Under the pieces are notes generated by a model. The model was not told the origin of the DNA, did not search any database, and saw nothing but the letters and a program-made list of their open reading frames with translations. From the NCBI RefSeq assembly GCF_018977255.1, contig NW_024704746.1, positions 32,860,001 through 32,924,000 on the forward strand: a stretch of 64,000 nucleotides of DNA, written 5' to 3'. Shown one piece after another: positions 62,856 to 64,000 of this stretch. Numbering within the stretch: position 1 is the first letter of the stretch; the number at the start of each line of letters is the position of its first letter. The position numbers and the translations under genes are program-made. The DNA is from Callorhinchus milii. Taxonomy: Eukaryota.

Positions 62856-63765
62856 AGGAACATGGGAATTAGGAGCAGGAGTAGGCCATTCAACCTCTCG
62901 AGCCTGCCCCGCCATTCAATAAGATCAAGGCTAATCTTCTAACCTAACTCCATCTGCCTGTCTTATCCCCATATCCCTTAATCCATCTATCCTTTAGAAA
63001 TCTATCAATCTCAGTCTTGAATATGTTCAATGTCTGAGCATCCACAGCCTTCTGGGGTAGAGAATTCCATAAATTCACTTCCCTCTGAGTGAAGAAGTGT
63101 TTCCTCAACTCTGTTCGAAAGGGCTAACCCTTAATCTTAAGACTGTGACCCCTAGTTATAGATTCTCCTATCAGGGGAAACAGTCCCACACTGTCTGCTC
63201 TGTCAAGCCTTAAGAATTTTAAGAATGTTTTCATAAAATCACCCTAATTCTTCTATATTCTAGATAATATAGACCTAATTTACACAACATATCCTCATAA
63301 GTCAACCCCTTCATCCCAGGAACTAACCTAGTGCATCTATGCTGCACCCCCTCTAAGGCGAGTATGTCCTTTCTTAAATAAGGAGACCAAAACTGCACAC
63401 AATATTCTAGGTGCGGTCTCACTAAGGTCCTATTCAGTAATAATCTACTTTTTTGTTTTTACTACTTAGGTGAATAACTTCACACTTTCCCAGATTATAT
63501 TCCATCTACCACCTTCTTGCCCACTCACCTAGCCTATCTATATCCCTTTGCAATCTTTCTGTGTCATCCTCAGAGCTTACTCTCCCACCTAGCTTAGTAT
63601 CATCCGCGAATTTAGATATTTTAATTTCTATGTCCTCGTCTAGATCATTGATATAGATTGTAGATAGTTGAAGCCCAAGCACTGATCCTTGTGGCACTCC
63701 ACTAGTCACATCTTGTCAATCTGAGAAGGACTCGTTTATCCCTCCTCTCTGTTTTTTTCCCGTTA
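62856..63765 (-). mobile_element. CR1 LINE fragment (RT domain to 3' end, internally deleted)
   Basis: TSGVPQGSVLG, ISKFADDTKLGG, LQRDIDRLGEWARRW and RPHLEYCVQFWSPYLRKDILALEGVQ. Confidence 0.93.
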
Positions 63766-64000
63766 ACTCAGTTTAGGTGGAGCCCATCTCAATGGAATAG
63801 CTCCCTTTTCCTCCAATAGTGGTGCCAGTGGCCCACAAAATGAAATCCTAGCCCTCTGCACCACTCTTTCAGCCACGCATTTAATTCCTTAATGTGTTTG
63901 TGCGTGTACCAATTTGTACATAATTCATGTAATAATAATAACAATCCCAATATTATTACCTTGGAAGTTCTTCTTTTCTAATTTACTTCCCAATTCCTTG

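Overview
Vertebrate genomic DNA. The repeat landscape (tRNA-Ala/Deu-domain SINEs with L2-type tails, L2 and CR1 LINE remnants) suggests a cartilaginous fish, probably a holocephalan; this is inference. The window holds two convergent spliced genes in the conserved vertebrate order. On the + strand are the last nine coding exons of TMTC3 (230-12747, all GT-AG and in frame). On the - strand is KITLG (kit ligand/SCF), for which I could rebuild coding exons 2-9 and a non-coding terminal exon (about 59976 down to 31230); exon 1 lies outside the window. The strongest observations concern KITLG. A ~111-bp inverted repeat brackets the 3' splice site of the terminal exon. A frame-symmetric 126-nt stalk exon carries an R-A-K-R furin consensus. 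Extra cysteines fit a CSF1/FLT3L-type third disulphide. The C-terminus is one T short of restoring the canonical terminal valine. There is also a perfect 38-bp hairpin inside an intronic L2, and an antisense frameshifted stretch resembling helix D of mammalian SCF. I see no prokaryote-type system. Human sequence comparisons are from memory and should be rechecked by alignment.
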